A stretch of 62,924 nucleotides of DNA, filler included, from 5 parts of 5 records of this genome joined end to end with filler, not necessarily neighbours in it, one strand, 5' to 3'. Shown: positions 1 to 10,501, counted from the first letter of the whole stretch. Program-made: numbers and translations. The notes: generated by a model from the letters alone, not told the origin.

Positions 1-1
1 T

Positions 2-760
2 TACAACCACGGAAAATATCGGAGAGCCGATAAGATAGAAGAAAATTTAAAAAAATATAACAACACCTACATCAGTTTGGCAGACGATTTATTCAGGCAG
101 ACTCTTTTAAATTTATTAATATATCATCTTACCCAGAAGGATGAGGCTTTAAGGTCAATTGTCCGTCCTTATGATAATCAATATTTTGAACCTGATATTT
201 ACCAGGTAACAAAAAATGATCATTTCGTTGATTGTGGCGCTTATACCGGTGATACTATGGAGCGGTTGTTAAATCTCACCGGGGGTGAATTAGCTTCATA
301 TTACGGTTTTGAGCCCTTTAAAGATACATTTAAAAGTTTAAAAAACAATGCAGCAAAACATAATTTAAATCTTGATTATCTATTCCAAAATGCAGTTGCC
401 TCCAAAGAATGCTTGTTAAAATACCAGAATTCAGTAAATTCAGATCCATCAAAATTCAGACAGGATATCGCTGGAAATATTATAGTTAAAGGGGTCAAAA
501 TAGATGCTGCACTAAAGAGCAAGGAGGTCACCTATATAAAAATGGATATTGAAGGCTCTGAAGTTGATGCTTTAAAGGGAGCTGAAAATATAATTTTGGC
601 ACAAAAACCAACTCTTGCGATATCTGTTTACCATAAATTTGATGATTTATGGAAAATTCCGCTGTTAATAGAAAGCTTTGGAGTTAAATACAAATACTAT
701 TTAAGACACTACACCCTGAACATTTCAGAAACTGTGCTGTATTGTGTTGTTCAGATTTAA
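2..760 (+). CDS. FkbM-family SAM methyltransferase, 5'-truncated by the window edge
   Basis: Frame is open from base 2. Carries FVDCGAYTGD (motif I), YIKMDIEGSE and KPTLAISVYH, typical of FkbM/Methyltransf_21. Confidence 0.85.
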   Translation, partial: YNHGKYRRADKIEENLKKYNNTYISLADDLFRQTLLNLLIYHLTQKDEALRSIVRPYDNQYFEPDIYQVTKNDHFVDCGAYTGDTMERLLNLTGGELASYYGFEPFKDTFKSLKNNAAKHNLNLDYLFQNAVASKECLLKYQNSVNSDPSKFRQDIAGNIIVKGVKIDAALKSKEVTYIKMDIEGSEVDALKGAENIILAQKPTLAISVYHKFDDLWKIPLLIESFGVKYKYYLRHYTLNISETVLYCVVQI

Positions 761-770
761 ACAATAAATT

Positions 771-1559
771 TTATAGTCGTTTTAAAAAACCATCCGGAGC
801 ACTTGTCACAAGTATCTTAGCTTCTATCTGTTTATCTGTTTCAAAAAACAAGCGATCTCCGTCAGCCGCGGTATATGGCTTTTCTTGAAGACGTTTTAAG
901 AACTCCCATACTGCGGTTTTAGGGTTATTACCTTTACCCCAGGGCCTTTCTTGAGTTTCTTCCATAATATGATTTTCAATCCCTGTATCTCCAACCATGC
1001 AATAACACCCTTTGGCCACTAAAGGTGCGTATGCTTCTAATTCAGCTAAAACGTGATCATGCGAATGATGACTATCAAGACAGACCATTGATCTTTTACC
1101 TTCCGCAAGTTTTTTAACTTGGGTAACTATGTTTTCATCAATACTTGAACCTTCAAGCATGGTGATTTTTTTCCCAAGCGGGTGAGCTTTCATACTTTCC
1201 TTATTGTGGGAGCGAATATCAATATCTATTCCTATAACATGACCCTTTTCAATAACGTCACAAGCTTCAAGCACACACATCATAGATGCGCTGTAAATCA
1301 ATGACCCTCCCCAGGCAATACCTGTTTCTATGATCAGTTCCGGTTTTGTTTCCCAGATGATCTCCTGAAGCCCATAAAGGTCTTGGGGGCCCTGGATGAT
1401 CGGTACCCCAAGATAAAAATAGTTATATGCACTTTTTGCATTAGTTATTGTGGCACTAAAATTTTTAATTTCATTTTGTAAATTTTTATTTGTAGCGTAA
1501 GATTTTACTCTTTCTATAGATTCATGTTTAAACTGTTCAAGAGGAGTGAAATTAATCAT
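771..1559 (-). CDS. CmcI (cephalosporin hydroxylase-like) / rhamnosyl O-methyltransferase family protein
   Basis: GVPIIQ.PQDL..LQEIIWETKPELIIETGIAWGGS, VCLDSHHSHDHVLAEL and a TSAPDGFLKR C-terminus. Confidence 0.85.
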   Translation of the reverse strand: MINFTPLEQFKHESIERVKSYATNKNLQNEIKNFSATITNAKSAYNYFYLGVPIIQGPQDLYGLQEIIWETKPELIIETGIAWGGSLIYSASMMCVLEACDVIEKGHVIGIDIDIRSHNKESMKAHPLGKKITMLEGSSIDENIVTQVKKLAEGKRSMVCLDSHHSHDHVLAELEAYAPLVAKGCYCMVGDTGIENHIMEETQERPWGKGNNPKTAVWEFLKRLQEKPYTAADGDRLFFETDKQIEAKILVTSAPDGFLKRL

Positions 1560-1599
1560 ATATTCTTTTTTCCCAAATTCTACCCAAAAGGTTTCTTAA

Positions 1600-2628
1600 T
1601 TATTGATAAATCAGTCTTAAACGCTCTGTCTCGTTATCGAGAATATCTTCCGGAAATGGGCGGCACTGGACAATTTCACAGGTTTTACAGGAAGTGCCGT
1701 TGTAGTTTTTGCTTCCGTCTATCATTTTTTTCTGGACCTTACGCAATTCCGGCCCATTCCATATGTTTTGAAAACTTTCATTTTTTATATTCCCGATACC
1801 GATCATGGTTTCGTTTGAACAAGGAACCACTCGGCCATCAGGGCATACAGTTACCAAATGATAAGGTTGGGGACAAATTTTAATTTCCGGCAGATCAATT
1901 CCCAATGCATTATAAGAAGGTGTTTTTTCAAGCCATTTGGAATAATCCAGATTCTGTACGTTAGGTACAACCCGTTCTATTGCATATGCATCGCAATGGT
2001 TTTTGAATAATTTAATGAATTTTTGCTCGTCACCGTCATTGTCCAATGACACGTTCATTGTTTTAACATACACCCAAATATCTTTATTTTGTCTTTGTTT
2101 TTCCTCATAGAAAAATTTTACGTTGTCAACAATGGATCCAAAATCAACCGAACGATCTGATATTTCCTGATATTTTTCAGAAGACAACCCGTATATTGAT
2201 ATACGGATGCGCTCAAGACCCGCATTGATTAATGCTCTTGATTTTTTTGGAGTTAAAAGGATGCCGTTTGTAATCAGTTCTATTTTTTCAGCGATTTTAC
2301 TTTGAGCCGCATATTGAACAAAATTGACCAGATTTTCATTTAATAAAGATTCCCCAGCTCCGCAGAATCTGAACATTTTTATCTTTTCATCCATGCTGGA
2401 GATATCGTCAATCAGCTTTTTAAAAAGATCAAGGGTCATGAACTTCTCAGTGCTAAGCTTTGGCCGTTTGTCTTTATCCAGGCCATAATGGCAGAATTTA
2501 CATGCCAGGTTACACACGTATGTATCAAAAATCTGAACCACCAAAGGTGCTTTTAAGGGGAGTGCATCTGCTAATTTTATTCTTTTTCCTGACGGGGCTT
2601 TTTTCTGTGAGATATCTTTAAAGCTCAT
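1600..2628 (-). CDS. Radical SAM protein with C-terminal SPASM/twitch Fe-S domain
   Basis: CNLACKFC (CxxxCxxC), LITNG, and C-terminal CPQPY...CPDGRVVPC...CKTC. Confidence 0.85.
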   Translation of the reverse strand: MSFKDISQKKAPSGKRIKLADALPLKAPLVVQIFDTYVCNLACKFCHYGLDKDKRPKLSTEKFMTLDLFKKLIDDISSMDEKIKMFRFCGAGESLLNENLVNFVQYAAQSKIAEKIELITNGILLTPKKSRALINAGLERIRISIYGLSSEKYQEISDRSVDFGSIVDNVKFFYEEKQRQNKDIWVYVKTMNVSLDNDGDEQKFIKLFKNHCDAYAIERVVPNVQNLDYSKWLEKTPSYNALGIDLPEIKICPQPYHLVTVCPDGRVVPCSNETMIGIGNIKNESFQNIWNGPELRKVQKKMIDGSKNYNGTSCKTCEIVQCRPFPEDILDNETERLRLIYQ

Positions 2629-2722
2629 CTTTGTTTCCTGTAGCTCGTTTAATTATAACTTTTATCAATGGCCTGTTTACAGAAATGCCCGGACTCTCAA
2701 CGTCCGGACCGGCCGGTATGTA

Positions 2723-3985
2723 TCAGTTTGCATGTTCCAATTGTTGCCCGGCCGGAACCGGTTTGGGATTAAATGCAAGTTCACAGTATCGGCATGCATC
2801 AATAAACCTTAGATTCTCAAAAGCCTCCAGTGCCATGGATAATTCAACTGTGTCAACGTCATGAATATTTATACATTCATGGCTGTGCGCTGCAAGCTGG
2901 CCCAACTGAATACCGGCATAGTGGTGGGGGCAGCGGTAAAGCTTTCCCTTATAAACCCGGTGGCAGTTTTTTAAAAAACATCTATCAAACGCTTTTTCAA
3001 GATCATGTGAAGAAGCATTATGTTTTTTAAAATCAGTAAAATCCAGCCATTCAAAATTTTGTGTATACAAATACCTGATGTTGAACGCAGATAATTTTTT
3101 CTTTGTTGTGATTATATTTTTGTGCAATTTCCCTGAAGTCATTTTTTCATAATTGGAAACCTGAAGCATAAAGCGTGGATTTTGCATTATTTTACACAAT
3201 TGATCCGAAGGAACAATTGTGGCGTTCGTAAAAGACTTAATATATCCAATATTGTCAATTGCCAAAAGTTCAGTGATGAGGTGTTCTATACCCGGATGAA
3301 GAAAGGGTTCTCCCCCGATAAGCTCTACAAAATTAAGAAAATATGTGCTTTGTGCAATTTGTTTAATGTCATTGACTATAGATTCAACTGAAGGAAAACC
3401 TTTATCCGGGAGCAAAGGAATCTGTTCACAGCAGTGCTTGCAGCGGAGCGTGCAGTTCTGGCTGACAATATACCCAAACCAGTCAAATGATTTGCTTGGG
3501 TTCTCTTCATCTTTTTCTTTATGCTTTCCCACTTTTTTTAAGTAAGCGGATGCAACCCGGCATTCATGTCTCTCAAAACCGCAATTTTCACAATCAATCA
3601 AGTCAAAGGCTTCACCGTTATTCAACCGGTTCATGCAAATTGGTATTTTCAGGTTACGATTGAGTTTTTGCCCGTTTATTATGGTTAAATCAGGATTTAT
3701 TTTTTTTATGTTAGATTTAAAATGATTAAACTGCGTATCAAGGTTTGCGCAGACAATTACCCTGCAGGCATTGTTTTCCCCCCTGAGGATTTCAGGAGAA
3801 TAAACAGGAATACTGTCTATTTTTTTCAAAGATTCATGGGCACGGTCAACAAAATATTTTACGTTAACTGCGTTTTCTTTGAGGGTCTTAAATAACTGCC
3901 GCCCATTAATGCCGGCTGGGTAAAGTATAATTTCGTATGCCTTCAGTTCATCCAAATTGAAATGATTTTTTTTCTGAGCATTCAT
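2723..3985 (-). CDS. Radical SAM protein with N-terminal Rossmann-like domain and Cys-rich linker
   Basis: CTLRCKHC, LIGGEPFLHP, C-terminal C...YRCPH...ACRYC. N-terminus IILYPAGING...YFVD, plus DCENCGFERHEC. Confidence 0.8.
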   Translation of the reverse strand: MNAQKKNHFNLDELKAYEIILYPAGINGRQLFKTLKENAVNVKYFVDRAHESLKKIDSIPVYSPEILRGENNACRVIVCANLDTQFNHFKSNIKKINPDLTIINGQKLNRNLKIPICMNRLNNGEAFDLIDCENCGFERHECRVASAYLKKVGKHKEKDEENPSKSFDWFGYIVSQNCTLRCKHCCEQIPLLPDKGFPSVESIVNDIKQIAQSTYFLNFVELIGGEPFLHPGIEHLITELLAIDNIGYIKSFTNATIVPSDQLCKIMQNPRFMLQVSNYEKMTSGKLHKNIITTKKKLSAFNIRYLYTQNFEWLDFTDFKKHNASSHDLEKAFDRCFLKNCHRVYKGKLYRCPHHYAGIQLGQLAAHSHECINIHDVDTVELSMALEAFENLRFIDACRYCELAFNPKPVPAGQQLEHAN

Positions 3986-4030
3986 TATTCGTCTGCACTC
4001 ACTGTCTTGTTATTCAGTATATACCGGTCA

Positions 4031-4585
4031 TTAGTTTACATCCACACCTGAAAAGGATTGTTGAATACAGGGGTGTAACTGATCTCGTTTTGAGATTGCG
4101 GTTGCAGGTAAAGGCCATCGAATACCGATCCCCGGGTCATCGTACCGCAGTGCCCCTTCAAACCTGCGGCAATAAGGTGACGTTGAAAAATAAACCAGTT
4201 CACTTTCCGGTTCCATCGTCTGAAATCCGTGTGCAAATCCTTTGGGGACATACATCATTTTCATATTTTTTTCAGAAAGTGTTTCTCCATGCCACTTCAA
4301 AAAAGTCGAAGAATTTTTTCGGATATCCACAATGACGTCGAAGATGGTTCCTTTAATACATTTTACAATTTTAATTTCAGTTTTTGGCATGTGCTGAAAA
4401 TGAAGGCCTCTGACAGTACCTTTTTCAATATTTCGGGCGTGGTTGATTTGGACAATGGGATCGTTATGCCCTATTTGCAGTAATTCATCTTTGCAGAAGA
4501 TCCGGGCAAAGCTTCCCCGATTGTCAAGAAAGGGTTCCGGTTCAATTACAAATGCCCCGCCCAATTCAAGTTCGGAAAAGATCAT
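4031..4585 (-). CDS. rfbC: NDP-4-dehydro-6-deoxyhexose 3,5-epimerase (RmlC/RfbC family)
   Basis: DNRGSFAR, GTVRGLHFQ, VPKGFAHGFQT. Start placed at the ATG at 4585 after an AAGGAA RBS (ORF track starts at 4600). Confidence 0.9.
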   Translation of the reverse strand: MIFSELELGGAFVIEPEPFLDNRGSFARIFCKDELLQIGHNDPIVQINHARNIEKGTVRGLHFQHMPKTEIKIVKCIKGTIFDVIVDIRKNSSTFLKWHGETLSEKNMKMMYVPKGFAHGFQTMEPESELVYFSTSPYCRRFEGALRYDDPGIGIRWPLPATAISKRDQLHPCIQQSFSGVDVN

Positions 4586-5669
4586 AAATTTCCTTTTCAT
4601 AAGCTTTAATTTGATTCTCAGACAGGGTGACTATACTTTGGGGGGTGTCTCTAAAACATTTATACCAGTCAGCAGTGTGTTCTAATGTATTGTCAATATC
4701 CCATCTTGTCTGCCAGCCAAGCAATACTTTTGCTTTGGATGCATCCAGCTTCAGTACGGCAGATTCGTGGGGATGCCGTGCATGATCATGGGTCCATTCG
4801 GCACCTTCTCCCCACAACGCGGCAAACTTGTCTGTAATATATCCTACGGTTTGAAGCTCCTTTGAATCCGGGCCAAAATTCCAGGGGCCTGCATATTGAA
4901 ATCCATTCTCATAAAGTTTCCATGCAAGCAGTAAGTATCCGAAAAGCGGTTCAAGCACATGTTGCCACGGTCGTACCGCACTTGGATTTCTGATATGAAC
5001 CGAAGTGTTGTTTAAAAACGCCTTTACCATATCGGGAATCAGCCGGTCCTGGGCAAAATCGCCCCCGCCGATCACATTGCCGGCACGCGCACTTGCAATA
5101 AGCGGCTTTGGATCTGATCCGGACGAATCGCAGGAAAAAAAAGAACGTGAATACGCTGAAGTGATAAGTTCGGAACACCCCTTGCTGCTTGAATACGGGT
5201 CAAATCCTCCCATGGGGTCATCTTCTTTACACCCGCTTAAATATTTTTTATTTTCATAGCATTTATCACTGGTTACATTGATGACTGCTCTGACGCTTTC
5301 TATTTGTCTGACGCTTTCAAGCAGATTGACCGTTCCCATGATATTGGTTGAATACGTTTCAATGGGGTCGGCATAAGATTTCCTAACTAAAGCTTGTGCT
5401 GCCATATGCACAACAATATCGGGTTGAAATCCGGCAATGGCTTTTTGCAAGGATGTAAGATCTCTTACGTCTCCCAGGATTGAGTTAATTTTCCGGTCAA
5501 TTGTGGATAATTCGTATAAGTTCAAGGTTGTTGACGGCTCAAGGGAAAATCCACAGATTCTGGCACCCATTAATTTCAACCAGAGGCAGAGCCATGTCCC
5601 TTTAAAGCCGGTATGACCTGTGATAAATATTTTTTTTGACCGATAAAAGTTATAAAGATCGTCTATCAT
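4566..5669 (-). CDS. rfbG: CDP-glucose 4,6-dehydratase
   Basis: ITGHTGFKGTWL, HMAAQALVR, VTSDKCY, DPYSSSK, ARAGNVIGGGD, RPWQHVLEPL. Confidence 0.95.
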   Translation of the reverse strand: MIDDLYNFYRSKKIFITGHTGFKGTWLCLWLKLMGARICGFSLEPSTTLNLYELSTIDRKINSILGDVRDLTSLQKAIAGFQPDIVVHMAAQALVRKSYADPIETYSTNIMGTVNLLESVRQIESVRAVINVTSDKCYENKKYLSGCKEDDPMGGFDPYSSSKGCSELITSAYSRSFFSCDSSGSDPKPLIASARAGNVIGGGDFAQDRLIPDMVKAFLNNTSVHIRNPSAVRPWQHVLEPLFGYLLLAWKLYENGFQYAGPWNFGPDSKELQTVGYITDKFAALWGEGAEWTHDHARHPHESAVLKLDASKAKVLLGWQTRWDIDNTLEHTADWYKCFRDTPQSIVTLSENQIKAYEKEIYDLFRT

Positions 5670-6438
5670 TCAAAACCCAGCCCGCATTGTCAGAATCCCA
5701 CAACTTATTTAAATATTCCATATCACGAATCGTATCCATGCATGCCCAAAATCCTTTATGTCTGAACATCATGAGTTGTCCGCTTTTAGCTAACTGTTCA
5801 AATAGACCATATTCCAAGTCGCAGGCATCATCTGTTGTCAGATAATCAAAAATTTTTCTGGAAAAGACCATGAAACCGCCGTTTGTAATAGATTCAGTCG
5901 TTTTCGGTTTTTCACGGAAAGTAAGGACTTGATTCCCTTCAAATTTCATTTTTCCAAATCGGGATGCAGGTGTTACCCCGGAAATAGTCGCAACTTTACC
6001 ATGACTTTTATGAAATTTCACCAGTGCAGGAATGTCAATATTTCCAATACTGTCCCCATAAGTGGCCAGAAAAATATCATCATCAATATACTTTTCTATT
6101 TTTTTTAACCTGCCTCCTTTAAGCGTTTTTTCTCCAGTGTCTGCCAGGGTTACGGACCAGTCATTGTATTTTGATTCATGGATCTTGATAGCCTGGGGGT
6201 GGGACAAATTGATGGTAAAATCATTGTTGAGCATTTCGAAATTGATAAAATACTCTTTTATCATTTCTCCTTTGTAGCCTAAGCATAATACAAAATCTTT
6301 AAAGCCATGGTAGGCGAAAATGTTCATCAGGTGCCAAAGAATGGGTTTGTTTCCGATTTTGACCATTGGCTTGGGCCGGTATTCAGTTTCTTCTTTTAAA
6401 CGCGTGCCCATGCCGCCGCATAAGATGACAACTTTCAT
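5650..6438 (-). CDS. rfbF: Glucose-1-phosphate cytidylyltransferase
   Basis: MKVVILCGGMGTRLKEETEYRPKPMV, GFWACMDT. Overlaps rfbG. Confidence 0.95.
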   Translation of the reverse strand: MKVVILCGGMGTRLKEETEYRPKPMVKIGNKPILWHLMNIFAYHGFKDFVLCLGYKGEMIKEYFINFEMLNNDFTINLSHPQAIKIHESKYNDWSVTLADTGEKTLKGGRLKKIEKYIDDDIFLATYGDSIGNIDIPALVKFHKSHGKVATISGVTPASRFGKMKFEGNQVLTFREKPKTTESITNGGFMVFSRKIFDYLTTDDACDLEYGLFEQLAKSGQLMMFRHKGFWACMDTIRDMEYLNKLWDSDNAGWVLNDRRSL

Positions 6439-6628
6439 GCCTATTAGTTCAATCCTTTGTTTTATATCATAACCGCATCAAGGCTTATATCGTCGCTTGA
6501 TGGGAATTGAAACCAATGAAAAAGCAACTCAATGGTACATAAATTACTATCGGTATGTTTACAATATATGTTTAGCGCATTAAGAATCTTTTCGTCAACC
6601 AAAGGATTTGCAGCCTCCTAAGAAGAAC

Positions 6629-7330
6629 TCACCGAATAACCTGAGTAGACGAAATGGTATTGATGCCATACTTGTCAATTTTTGCATGCAATGTAGGCCG
6701 GGATATATCCAAAAGCCGGGCGGCCTGGGAGCGGTTGCCGTGTGAGATTATCAGGGCTTCTTCCATGGCCATGGCGCAGATGGTATCTGAAAAAAATTCA
6801 AAATTGTGGTCGCCGGATGGGTGGGACAGGCAGGTGTGGACCCTTTGGCGGATGGTTTCTTCCTGGTTTGCCTCCTGGGGAATTTCATCCGGGGGGGCTG
6901 TTTTCGGATAATCTGGCTTAGATCACTGACCGACAAGGGGTTGCCCCGGTTAAAGATCAGGGCCTTATGAATCAGGTTGGCAAGTTCCCTGACATTACCC
7001 GGCTATTCGTATTTTTTCAAAAGGTCCAGGGCCTCTTCCCGGATGCCGGGGTTGTTGATTTTCAATTCATGGGAGAACCGCTCCAGGTAATGGGCGGTCA
7101 GGGGTTTGATATCTTCTACGCGATCCCTTAATGGTGGCAATTCAATGGTCACGACTTTGAGGCGGAAATAGAGATCTTCTCTGAAAAGCCCCTGGATAAT
7201 GGCGGATTTAAGGTCCCTGTTGGTTGCAGCAATGATGCGCACATCCACAGGAATGGTTTCATCGCCGCCTAGCCCCTCAATGCATCTTTCCTGGAGCAGC
7301 CGCAGAATTTTGGCCTGGATGGAAATGGGC
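6629..7330 (-). pseudogene. Sigma54-dependent (NtrC-family) activator, 3' part, with a nonsense codon and a frameshift
   Basis: DVRIIAATNRDL...FREDLYFRL...LPPLRDR, then YE-TAG-PGNVREL where WPGN is expected. The Fis-type HTH (GNRSQAARLLDISRPTLHAKI) lies in a different frame, with its stop at 6629-6631. The 5' end is cut by the contig break. Confidence 0.8.
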
Positions 7331-7430
7331 NNNNNNNNNNNNNNNNNNNNNNNNNNNNNNNNNNNNNNNNNNNNTTAATTAATTAANNNNNNNNNNNNNN
7401 NNNNNNNNNNNNNNNNNNNNNNNNNNNNNN
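7331..7430. other. Artificial contig spacer (N-run, TTAATTAATTAA, N-run)
   Basis: 100 nt with stops in all six frames. Base composition changes abruptly across it. Confidence 0.97.
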
Positions 7431-7828
7431 TCGGTCTGCATGCCCATGCGGAACTCCTTGGTCCGGTCGGCGCTGAAGAGGATCTGGGAGGCGAAGATGG
7501 TGATGCCCGTGGCCAGGAGGTTGATACCCGTACCGCTGATGGTCTGGTCCGCGTTGAGGCTGACCGCCGCCAGGGCGTGGATCATGGAGAACAGGCCGCC
7601 CAGGACGGCTCCCAGTAGGAGGGCGATCCAGACCGAGCCGTTGCCCATACCGCCCATCTCCATCAGAACATGGGCGGACGCGGCCGTGAAGGCGCCGATG
7701 GACATCAGTCCCTCCAGGGCGATATTGACCACCCCGGAGCGCTCGCAGATCATTCCGCCGATAGCCGTTATCAGGATCGGTGCCACAATCATCAGCACCG
7801 AGGGAAGCATATTAAAGAACATTTCCAT
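7431..7828 (-). CDS. Nucleoside/sugar ABC permease subunit 2 (NupC-like), 3'-truncated
   Basis: GGMICERSGVVNIALEG motif, hydrophobic, runs into the spacer. Confidence 0.85.
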
Positions 7829-8931
7829 CAGGACTCTTCCTCCATTTTCTGTTTGGTCTTACGCCACTCTATAAAGAGGGCCAGACCCGATCTCAGGGCG
7901 ATGAACACGACGATCAGTCCCTGGATGATGTAGGTGATCTCCTTGGGGATCTGGCGGCTCTGCATCAGAGCCTGGGAGTTCTTGAGGATTCCGAACAGGA
8001 ATCCCGCCAGGGTGACGCCCAGGGCCCGGCAGTTTCCTACCAGGGCGACGGCGATGCCGTTGAATCCGTAGTTGTCCATACCGGCGATGATCCGTCCGTA
8101 GTTGAAGGAACCCAGTACGACGATGGCGCCGGCAAGGCCCGCGAAGGCGCCTGAGATGGCCATGGAGATGGTGATGCTCTTCATGACGGGGATGCCGCTG
8201 CACAGGGCGGCGTCCTTGTTGAAGCCCGTGGCCCGGAGGCTGAAGCCCAGGCGGGTTTTCTCCATGATGAACCAGTAGAGGACGATGGCGATGATGACCA
8301 TAAACAGGCCGTTGTTCAGGTTGGAGTATTTGGTGACCTTCTCGAAGAAGGCGTTGTCCAGAACCGCCGTTTCGGGGAAGTTCGCCGTCTTGTAGGTGGT
8401 GGCGCCGGGCAGCTGGAGGCTGATGATCCGGGAGAGGTAGAGGGCCACGTAGTTCAGCATGATGGTGGACACTACCTCCGACACCTCGTAACGGGCCTTC
8501 AGGATACCGACGATTCCGCCCCACAGGGCTCCGGCTATGACGGCTCCGCAGATGGCGGCCATCCAGTGCAGTCCCGGGATCTGGAAGCCCAGAAGGGCGA
8601 TGATCTGGGCCACGGTCATGCCCATGATGTACTGCCCCTCACCTCCGATGTTGAACAGGCCCACCCTGGCGGCGAAGGCCATGGAGAATCCGCAGAGGAT
8701 AAAGGGGATGGAGTAGTTCAGGGTCTCGCCGATGTAGCGGACGTTCAGGCGTCCCCGGTCCAGGTCGTATCCCGAGAAGGCCTGGATAATGGCCTTGTAC
8801 ATATTCAGGGGATTCCTGCCTACCATCAGAATCAGGACGGTACCGACGAGGAAGCCCATCAGCACGACGAGCAGGGAGACGGCGCCGTCGGATTCCAGAA
8901 AACTTTTCTTTTGCTTTAAAACCTTGCTCAT
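7828..8931 (-). CDS. Nucleoside/sugar ABC permease subunit 1 (NupB-like)
   Basis: GLFNIGGEGQ, SEVVSTIMLNY, GFNGIAVALVG. Confidence 0.9.
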   Translation of the reverse strand: MSKVLKQKKSFLESDGAVSLLVVLMGFLVGTVLILMVGRNPLNMYKAIIQAFSGYDLDRGRLNVRYIGETLNYSIPFILCGFSMAFAARVGLFNIGGEGQYIMGMTVAQIIALLGFQIPGLHWMAAICGAVIAGALWGGIVGILKARYEVSEVVSTIMLNYVALYLSRIISLQLPGATTYKTANFPETAVLDNAFFEKVTKYSNLNNGLFMVIIAIVLYWFIMEKTRLGFSLRATGFNKDAALCSGIPVMKSITISMAISGAFAGLAGAIVVLGSFNYGRIIAGMDNYGFNGIAVALVGNCRALGVTLAGFLFGILKNSQALMQSRQIPKEITYIIQGLIVVFIALRSGLALFIEWRKTKQKMEEES

Positions 8932-10487
8932 GCCTCGGTTCCTTTCTTCGTTTTTTCACCGGCCATCATCAGTCCGATCTCCTGTTCCGTGACCTTGTCC
9001 CGTTCGGAGACGTCCTGGATCTGACCCTTGCTGATGGTGGCGATCGTGTCGCAGAGGTTCATGATCTCATCCAGGTCGAAGGAGACCACCAGGACGGCCT
9101 TGCCGGCGTTCCGTTCCTCGATGATCCGTTTGTGGATGTACTCGATGGCTCCCACGTCCAGTCCCCTGGTGGGCTGGGCGATGACCAGGACCTTGGGGGA
9201 GAGGTGGATCTCCCTGGCTATGATCAGCTTCTGCTGGTTTCCTCCCGACAGGCTTCCCGCGGGGGTGACGATTCCCGCGCCTGAGCGGACGTCGAACTCA
9301 GTGACCAGCTTGTCGGCCAGCTCGTTCATGGCCTGGTCGTTCATAACCCCCAAGCTGTTGGAGAAGGGCTCCTGGTAGTAGCTCTTGAGGATGATGTTCT
9401 CCGAGAGGGTGAAGTCCTTGACGATACCGTACTTGTGCCTGTCCTCGGGAACGTAGCTCAGTCCCATCTCTATACGCTTGCGGATATTCGCCCTGGTGAT
9501 GTCCTGTCCGTCCATGACGATGGTTCCCGCGCTTAAGGGGGTCATGCCGCTCAGGGCGTGGATCAGCTCGGACTGGCCGTTGCCGTCCACACCGGCGAGC
9601 CCCATGATCTCGCCCGCCCGGACGTCCAGGGAGAGGTCGTTGACCCGGGTCACTCCGAAGGGGTCTTTGATGGTCAGGTTCTTAAGGGAGAGCACCACCT
9701 CCCCCGGCTGGGCGGGTTTCTTCTCGGTGGAGAAGTTAACGGCCCGGCCCACCATCATTTCGGCCATGTCCTTTTCAGAGACCTCGGCGGTCTCGACGGT
9801 GCCTATGGATTTTCCACGGCGCAGGACGGTGCAGCGGTCGGCGACCTGTTTGATCTCCTTGAGCTTATGGGTGATCAGGACAACCGTCTTGCCCTCTGAC
9901 TTCAGAAGGCGGATGATATCCATCAGCTCATCGATCTCCTGGGGGGTGAGTACGGCGGTGGGTTCGTCGAGGATGATGATCTCCGCATCCCCGTAGAGGG
10001 TCTTCAGGATCTCGACACGCTGCTCCTGGCCGACGGTCACGTCCTCGATCTTCGCATCGGGATCGACCTTCAGTCCGTAGCGCCCGGAGAGTTTCTTGAC
10101 CTTTTCCCTGGCTTCCTTCAGATCGAGGAAGCCGAATCTATTCCTGGGTTCGCGGCCCAGTACGATGTTTTCAGTAATTGTGTAGTTGTGAACCAGCTTG
10201 AAATGCTGGTGGACCATTCCGATGCCCAGGGCCGTGGCCACATTGGGATCTTTGATGTTCTCTTCCCTGCCGTTTATTCTGATGGTTCCCTCGTCTGCTG
10301 TGTATGAACCGAAGAGTATGGACATGAGGGTGGATTTTCCGGCTCCGTTCTCACCCAGGAGGGCGTGGACTTCGTTCTTTCTGACGGAGAAGTTTATCTT
10401 GTCGTTGGCACGGATTCCCGGAAAGGATTTAGAGATGCCGATCATCTCAATGGCATAATCTTCCAAAAGATCTGCTCCCTTTTGCAT
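8928..10487 (-). CDS. CUT2-type ABC ATP-binding protein (NupA-like, two ABC domains)
   Basis: GENGAGKST, ILDEPTAVL, LSGGNQQK, AQPTRGLDVGA. Confidence 0.92.
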   Translation of the reverse strand: MQKGADLLEDYAIEMIGISKSFPGIRANDKINFSVRKNEVHALLGENGAGKSTLMSILFGSYTADEGTIRINGREENIKDPNVATALGIGMVHQHFKLVHNYTITENIVLGREPRNRFGFLDLKEAREKVKKLSGRYGLKVDPDAKIEDVTVGQEQRVEILKTLYGDAEIIILDEPTAVLTPQEIDELMDIIRLLKSEGKTVVLITHKLKEIKQVADRCTVLRRGKSIGTVETAEVSEKDMAEMMVGRAVNFSTEKKPAQPGEVVLSLKNLTIKDPFGVTRVNDLSLDVRAGEIMGLAGVDGNGQSELIHALSGMTPLSAGTIVMDGQDITRANIRKRIEMGLSYVPEDRHKYGIVKDFTLSENIILKSYYQEPFSNSLGVMNDQAMNELADKLVTEFDVRSGAGIVTPAGSLSGGNQQKLIIAREIHLSPKVLVIAQPTRGLDVGAIEYIHKRIIEERNAGKAVLVVSFDLDEIMNLCDTIATISKGQIQDVSERDKVTEQEIGLMMAGEKTKKGTEA

Positions 10488-10501
10488 AACATAGATATGA
10501 A

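Noticed and set aside
7003-7005. In-frame TAG as pyrrolysine or a recoded stop
   Set aside because: It is one transition from the conserved TGG, the same gene also has a frameshift, and there is no pyl machinery in the window.
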